From positions 10,836-74,835 of the forward strand of contig JAVVGJ010000002.1 in the NCBI GenBank assembly GCA_032249155.1: a DNA stretch of 64,000 nucleotides, read 5' to 3'. The position numbers were made by a program, and so were the translations under genes. This document shows, one piece after another, positions 58,934 to 64,000 of the stretch. Within the stretch, counting starts at the first letter, position 1. Every line of letters starts with the position of its first letter. The notes beneath the pieces are model-generated. The model did no database searches. It worked only from the letters and a program-made list of their open reading frames with translations, and was not told where the DNA came from. The stretch comes from Minisyncoccota bacterium. GTDB taxonomy: Bacteria; Patescibacteriota; Minisyncoccia; UBA6257; HR35.

Positions 58934-60150
58934 TTAAGATAACTGAAAAAAGAAATTAGTTTTTCTAAACCTTTTTCTGAATTTCCATAAATTACATATT
59001 TATTATATACTAACCAAAGAAAAGAATAATTATTTTCCAAGGGGAGCTCTCTATATTCAATATTGCCTATTTTTTTAGAAATAAATCCTTTACTTAAACT
59101 TTTTGTTGGGGTAAATTCTGGATAAAAATTTACTAAATTTTTTAAATTGAAGTTTTTTTCCCAAGAAAGATTTAGTTTTTTAGCTTCATCGGGGTTTTTT
59201 GTTTCTAAAATAATATAAAAATTTTTTCTTGAAAAGGAATGGTAAAGAAGGAGATTATAATTTGGTCCTAAAATATTTTCGTATCCTTTAAGGTCATTTT
59301 TGAAAAAGTAATTTAAAACAAAATTGGCTGGAAGATAAAGATTTTCTTTTTTAATTTCTAAAATATAAAAAATGTCTGGATTTTCATATTTATTTAAAAT
59401 TTCTTTCAACTTTGAAGATAATTCATTTTCAGATAAAGATGATAAAACAATTTCTTTTTTAGGGAAAAAGATAACTCTAAAAACTGATTCTGAAGTTTCC
59501 AAACTAACTTTTGTTTCTTCTTGAGGTTCTTTTATAGGTTGAAGAGGTTCTTCTTTTATTTCTTCTATTATTTCTTTTTTTTTCATTCCTTCAACTTTTT
59601 CTTCTGTTTCTTCTTTTACTTCTGGTAAAATTATCGGTTCTTCTTTCACTTCTTCTTTAGCTACTTCTTTTGGTTTTGAAAATCTTTCTAAAAGGATTTT
59701 ATAAGGTTTGAAATAGAAAAAAGAAAAAATTAAAGAAATGGAAAATAAAAGTATTAAAGAGTACTTAAGATAAGGTAAAATGTTAAAATGCTTTGAGGGC
59801 GCTTCTTGAGTTTCTAAATCTTCAGGTTTAACCTTAGGTTTCAAATAAAATTCTTTAGGAGGTTCTACTTCTTGTCTAAAAGCAAAACTTTCTAAAGGAA
59901 TTTCTTTCTTTTCTTCTTTTATTTCCAAAACACCAAATTTTTCTTGTGGCGTTTCAATTTTCATTCTACCAGCTTTAACCTTTATTTCTTCCTTTTTTTC
60001 TTCAAAAGACGGCTCAATAACTCTTTCTTCTTGCAAAACCTTTTCTTCTTTTTCTTTCTTTTCTCTTACTTCCAAAGAACCTTCTTCTGAAAGTAAACTT
60101 TCTGGAGAGATAAAAGTATATTTAAATTCTTTTTCGTTATTTTCTGACAT
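58930..60150 (-). CDS. Single-pass membrane protein with long E/K/P-rich regions
   Basis: One TM near aa 125-145 flanked by charged low-complexity segments. Confidence 0.65.
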   Translation of the reverse strand: MSENNEKEFKYTFISPESLLSEEGSLEVREKKEKEEKVLQEERVIEPSFEEKKEEIKVKAGRMKIETPQEKFGVLEIKEEKKEIPLESFAFRQEVEPPKEFYLKPKVKPEDLETQEAPSKHFNILPYLKYSLILLFSISLIFSFFYFKPYKILLERFSKPKEVAKEEVKEEPIILPEVKEETEEKVEGMKKKEIIEEIKEEPLQPIKEPQEETKVSLETSESVFRVIFFPKKEIVLSSLSENELSSKLKEILNKYENPDIFYILEIKKENLYLPANFVLNYFFKNDLKGYENILGPNYNLLLYHSFSRKNFYIILETKNPDEAKKLNLSWEKNFNLKNLVNFYPEFTPTKSLSKGFISKKIGNIEYRELPLENNYSFLWLVYNKYVIYGNSEKGLEKLISFFSYLK

Positions 60151-62197
60151 CTTTTAAAGAGACGTAAATCTTACCATCTTCGCTAATATTTTTTATTTTG
60201 ACTAAAAGCTCATCTCCTATTTTAACTTCTTCTTCAATTTTTTCTATTTTCCTATCAGCAATTTCGGAAATATGTAAAAGAGCGGTTCTATTAGGAGCTA
60301 GTTCTAAAACAGCACCAAAAGGAAGTATTTTAATTACTTTTCCTTTAACTATCTCTCCTAAATTAAAAGCATCAGCAATGCTTTTTATCCAATTTTTAGC
60401 TAATTCAAAATTTGAGTTTTTATCACCTATAATATAAATCGTTCCATCAGGATGAATATCAATTTTAACGTTAGTAGCAGCAATAATTTCATTAATTGTT
60501 CTTCCTCCAGTTCCTATAATAAGACCAATTTTTAAAGGATCAATTTTTATAATTTCTATTTTTGGAGCATAAAGACTAATTTCTTTTGGTTTTTCAATGA
60601 TGCCTTTCATAAAATTCAAAAGATAGATCCTTGCTTCTTTAGCTCTTTCTAAGGACTCTTTAATTTGCTTCAAATTCAGTCCTTCAATTTTAACGTCAAG
60701 TTGAATAGCAGTAAGTCCTTTTTCTGTTCCAGCAATTTTAAAATCCATAGCACCAAAAAAATCTTCTGGGCCCTGAATATCAGTTAAAAGTTCATAGTTT
60801 TCATCAGATTCATAAGCCATACCAATACTTATTCCAGCAGCATGTGTTTTTATAGGCACGCCAGCTGACATAAGCGCTAAAGAACTTGCACATACAGATC
60901 CCATTGAAGTTGAACCATTTGATGATAAAACTTCAGAAACCACTCTAATGGTATAAGGAAAAGTTTCTTGAGGAGGAACCAAACTTCTTAAAGCTTTTTC
61001 AGCTAATTCCCCATGGCCAATTTCTCTTCTTGAAGGTTTTTTGCTTGATCCAATTTCTCCTGTAGAAAAAGGAGGAAAATTATAATGATGAATAAATCTT
61101 TTTGTGCCTTCAAATTCTATATCCCTTAACCAAAGTTCCTCTCCTGGTTCTGCTAAAGTTACTACAGACAAAATATGAGTTAAACCTCTCATAAAAATTG
61201 CTGAACCATGAGTTCGAGGCAGGACATCTATTTCTGCAAAAATAGGTCTTATATCTTTTAAACCCCTTCCGTCTGGTCTTTTTTTAGTTTCTAAAACTCT
61301 TTTTTGAAAGATTTTTTTATATCTTCTATTTAAACTATTTAAAACATAAGGTTTTAAATCTCCAAGGCTTTCATCTTGATTAATTAAATCAAAAACTTCT
61401 TGCCATGGTCTGTCTCCTTCTTCTAGACTAAAAAGTTTTTTTTCTAAATCAATTGCATTTTTTTCTAAAAACTCATCGAGTTTTTTATCCCCTTGCTGAA
61501 AAAGTTCTTCTTCAATTTTAACTTCTTCTTTTCGAAGCGGCTCTATACTTTTCATAAACTTTACTAAACTTTTTATCTCTTCAAAACCTATTTCTAAAGC
61601 TTTTAAAAATAAATCTTCATCAATTTCTTTTCCTTCAAATTCAATCATATTAATCTTTTCTTCTGTTCCTGAAAAAACAAGTTTCATTTCAGCATCATCA
61701 ACATTTTGATTAATAAAAAAATTGCCATCTTTAAAATAAACCTGAACCGCTCCAAGAGGTGAAATTATAGGAATACTAGAAAGATGAAGAGCAAAAGAAC
61801 TGCTTAGAAGAGATAAAAATCCTGGATCAATAGAAAAATCATAAGAAAGAACAAGATTAACAATATGAACTTCTTTTCTAAAAATAGGTGGAAAAAGAGG
61901 TCTTATACTTCTATCAACTAAGCGGGCATTCAAAATAGCATTAAGAGAAGGTGCTCCTTCTCTTCTAACAAATCTGCTTCCATAAATTTTTCCAACAGCA
62001 TAAAATTTTTCTTCATAATCAACAGTAAGAGGCAGAAAATCTAAATTAGGTATTTCTGAACCAAAATTTAATGTCGTAAAAATTCTTGAATCTTTAAATT
62101 TTGTTAAAACAGAAATAAAAGACCTTTGAGCCCAATCATTAATTTCAAATTCTAATTTGTATCCGTGTTTTTCACTTTGATAAATAAAATTTTTCAT
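60137..62197 (-). CDS. pnp: Polyribonucleotide nucleotidyltransferase
   Basis: FLPLTVDY, DRSIRPLFP, RREIGHG, SNGSTSM, MDFKIAG, KH and S1 domains. Confidence 0.96.
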   Translation of the reverse strand: MKNFIYQSEKHGYKLEFEINDWAQRSFISVLTKFKDSRIFTTLNFGSEIPNLDFLPLTVDYEEKFYAVGKIYGSRFVRREGAPSLNAILNARLVDRSIRPLFPPIFRKEVHIVNLVLSYDFSIDPGFLSLLSSSFALHLSSIPIISPLGAVQVYFKDGNFFINQNVDDAEMKLVFSGTEEKINMIEFEGKEIDEDLFLKALEIGFEEIKSLVKFMKSIEPLRKEEVKIEEELFQQGDKKLDEFLEKNAIDLEKKLFSLEEGDRPWQEVFDLINQDESLGDLKPYVLNSLNRRYKKIFQKRVLETKKRPDGRGLKDIRPIFAEIDVLPRTHGSAIFMRGLTHILSVVTLAEPGEELWLRDIEFEGTKRFIHHYNFPPFSTGEIGSSKKPSRREIGHGELAEKALRSLVPPQETFPYTIRVVSEVLSSNGSTSMGSVCASSLALMSAGVPIKTHAAGISIGMAYESDENYELLTDIQGPEDFFGAMDFKIAGTEKGLTAIQLDVKIEGLNLKQIKESLERAKEARIYLLNFMKGIIEKPKEISLYAPKIEIIKIDPLKIGLIIGTGGRTINEIIAATNVKIDIHPDGTIYIIGDKNSNFELAKNWIKSIADAFNLGEIVKGKVIKILPFGAVLELAPNRTALLHISEIADRKIEKIEEEVKIGDELLVKIKNISEDGKIYVSLKDVRK

Positions 62198-62700
62198 GAT
62201 ATTAAAATTATACGGGAAAACTCGTTAAGATCGTAATAAAAATCAGCTGTTTCCTTAAGTTTTACAGAAGTTGTTTGGTTAAAACCAGCGATTTCTACTT
62301 GTTTACCATGATTTTGAAGATATTCAACTAATGGTAAAAAATCTCCATCCCCAGTAACTAAAATAATAACATCTACCAAAGAAGAAAATTTTATGGCATC
62401 AACAGCAATACCTATATCCCAATTAGCTTTTCTCGTACCATCTGGATAGGTCTGCATTTCCTTAATTCTTAGTTGAATGCCTTGATTTATCAAAGCTTCA
62501 AAAAAGTCTATTTCCTTTGGTGTAAAATCAGATTTAACTACATAAGCAAAAACTTTAACTAATTTTCTTTCACCAACTAAAAGAGAAATTAATTTACCAA
62601 AATCAACTTTTTTACCGTAGAGATTTTTAGCCGAATGATAAATATTTTGGGTATCTATAAAAATGTTAACACGCTGATCAGAGGTAGCGAAAGGATTCAT
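62194..62700 (-). CDS. NYN domain (LabA/DUF88) protein
   Basis: IFIDTQNIY, KANWDIGIAVD, VTGDGDFLPL, GKQVE. Confidence 0.9.
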   Translation of the reverse strand: MNPFATSDQRVNIFIDTQNIYHSAKNLYGKKVDFGKLISLLVGERKLVKVFAYVVKSDFTPKEIDFFEALINQGIQLRIKEMQTYPDGTRKANWDIGIAVDAIKFSSLVDVIILVTGDGDFLPLVEYLQNHGKQVEIAGFNQTTSVKLKETADFYYDLNEFSRIILIS

Positions 62701-62960
62701 AAGTTAAGTTCTTTAACTAATCTTTTATATCTTTCAAAAGAAATTCTTTTTAAGTATTTTAAAAGCTTTCTTCTTTTAGCCACTTTTAAAATAAGTCCTC
62801 TTTTAGAATTTTTATCTTGTTTATGTTTTCTCAAATGTTCTGCCAAATTTAAAATCTCTTCTGTCAAAATAGCAATCTGAACTTCAGGAGAACCCGTATC
62901 GCTGTTGTTCTTACCGTATTTTTTAATTATTTCTTTTATCTTTTCTTTTAAATCTGCCAT
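62697..62960 (-). CDS. rpsO: 30S ribosomal protein S15
   Basis: DTGSPEVQIAILT, HKQD..SKRGL. Confidence 0.97.
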   Translation of the reverse strand: MADLKEKIKEIIKKYGKNNSDTGSPEVQIAILTEEILNLAEHLRKHKQDKNSKRGLILKVAKRRKLLKYLKRISFERYKRLVKELNL

Positions 62961-62984
62961 CGTTTATAATAATTTTAGCATAAA

Positions 62985-63905
62985 ATGGAGATAAAACAAA
63001 TAGAAGAGCTTTTAGAAAGATTTGAAAACTATTTAAGAATAGAGAAAAATAAAAGTCAAGGTACTATTAAAAATTATCTTTTAAGATTAAAAAAGCTATT
63101 TAAATGGCTTAAAGAAAACGGTTTTCAAAATTTAGATGAAGAAGCTATTTTTAAATTTCGTGCTTATTTAGATAAAAAGAAAATTTCTATAAAAACGCAG
63201 TCTTATTATTTGATTTCTTTGAGAAGTTTTTTAAGATTTTTGAAAAAGAAAGGTTTTGAGGTTTTGGATCCGGAAAAAATCGAGCTTCCTAAAATTCCTG
63301 AAAGAGAAATAAACATTTTATCAGATGAAGAACTTGAAAAACTTTTAAATGCTCCTCAAGGAGAAAGTCTTAAATCTTTAAGAGACAAAGCTATTTTAGA
63401 AACACTTTTTTCTACAGGAATGAGAATTTCTGAGCTTTGTTCTTTAAATAGGGATATTGACATAGAAAAAGGAGAAATAAAAATTAGAGGTAAAGGAGGT
63501 AAAATAAGAATAGTTTTTCTCTCTCCATTAGCAAAGCTTTATTTAAAAAAATATTTAGAAAAAAGAAAAGATCAAAATCCAGCTTTATTTGTAAATCTTA
63601 GTAAGAATAAAAAATTTGAAAGGATAACACCTCGGGGGGTTCAAAAATTAATTAAACACTACGCTAAAAAAGCAGGTATTTTAAAAAAGGTTACTCCTCA
63701 TACTTTAAGACATCAATTTGCTACCGATCTTTTGATTTCTGGAGCTGATTTAAGAGCTATTCAAATGCTTTTAGGTCATAAAAATATTCAAACCACTCAA
63801 GTTTATACTCACCTCACAAACCGAGAACTTAAAGAAATTCATCAAGCTTTCCATGGTCGAAGAAGAAGATTAAAAAATAAAAATAATGAAAATAAAGTTT
63901 TATAA
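62985..63905 (+). CDS. XerC/XerD-like tyrosine recombinase
   Basis: [36 protein letters not shown]. Confidence 0.92.
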   Translation: MEIKQIEELLERFENYLRIEKNKSQGTIKNYLLRLKKLFKWLKENGFQNLDEEAIFKFRAYLDKKKISIKTQSYYLISLRSFLRFLKKKGFEVLDPEKIELPKIPEREINILSDEELEKLLNAPQGESLKSLRDKAILETLFSTGMRISELCSLNRDIDIEKGEIKIRGKGGKIRIVFLSPLAKLYLKKYLEKRKDQNPALFVNLSKNKKFERITPRGVQKLIKHYAKKAGILKKVTPHTLRHQFATDLLISGADLRAIQMLLGHKNIQTTQVYTHLTNRELKEIHQAFHGRRRRLKNKNNENKVL

Positions 63906-64000
63906 CTCTTTAACAAAAGAAAAAGAAGATTTTAAACCTCTAAAAGATAAGCTTATAAGAATGTACGTTTGTGGTCCTACTGTTTATGGGCCAAGTCATT
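63886..64000 (+). CDS. cysS: Cysteinyl-tRNA synthetase, 5' part
   Basis: [16 protein letters not shown]...[13 protein letters not shown]. Confidence 0.92.
   Translation, partial: MKIKFYNSLTKEKEDFKPLKDKLIRMYVCGPTVYGPSH

Noticed and set aside
2054-62880. Short antisense or alternate-frame ORFs in the track (e.g. 2054, 10339, 12734, 14357, 20784, 23429, 31553, 35870, 45997, 47085, 60198, 62635)
   Set aside because: They lie within well-supported genes and have no motifs; shadow ORFs
62985-63905. Prophage or island integrase
   Set aside because: Flanked by rpsO and cysS with no cargo or att sites; looks like a housekeeping Xer
1-64000. CRISPR array, rRNA, IS transposase
   Set aside because: No regularly spaced repeat-spacer array, no long GC-rich RNA gene and no transposase motifs seen

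Overview
AT-rich, very gene-dense chromosomal window with tiny or overlapping intergenic regions and most genes on the minus strand. TGA is used as stop (code 11). The gene content (type IV pilus genes, DsbA paralogues, peptidases, fragmented ribosomal operons, little biosynthesis) suggests a Patescibacteria/CPR (Parcubacteria-like) bacterium; this is inference, with no rRNA in view. Core genes include rpoABC, dnaE, fusA, pnp, rnj, nusA, infC, tsaD, glyA, rtcB, many ribosomal proteins and four tRNAs (Leu-CAG, Leu-CAA, Gln-CTG, His-GTG). The best candidate for an undescribed system is a four-gene cluster at 26.5-29.9 kb behind a perfect sigma70 promoter. Its secreted, Cys-rich FN3/PKD proteins appear to split the first FN3 beta-strand from the rest of the domain, which predicts a tip-shaft-anchor surface filament built by C-terminal donor-strand complementation. 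Other oddities: an in-frame palindromic mini-element in glyA, an RNAP alpha subunit without CTD, a remodelled rifampicin pocket, many TGnTATAAT promoters (some leaderless, some built into stop codons), a recurrent RGTCR motif 22-30 nt upstream of start codons, a decaying Ppx-like/cytidine deaminase islet, and a surface protein gene frameshifted in its signal peptide. All calls come from motif recognition by eye; no searches were run.
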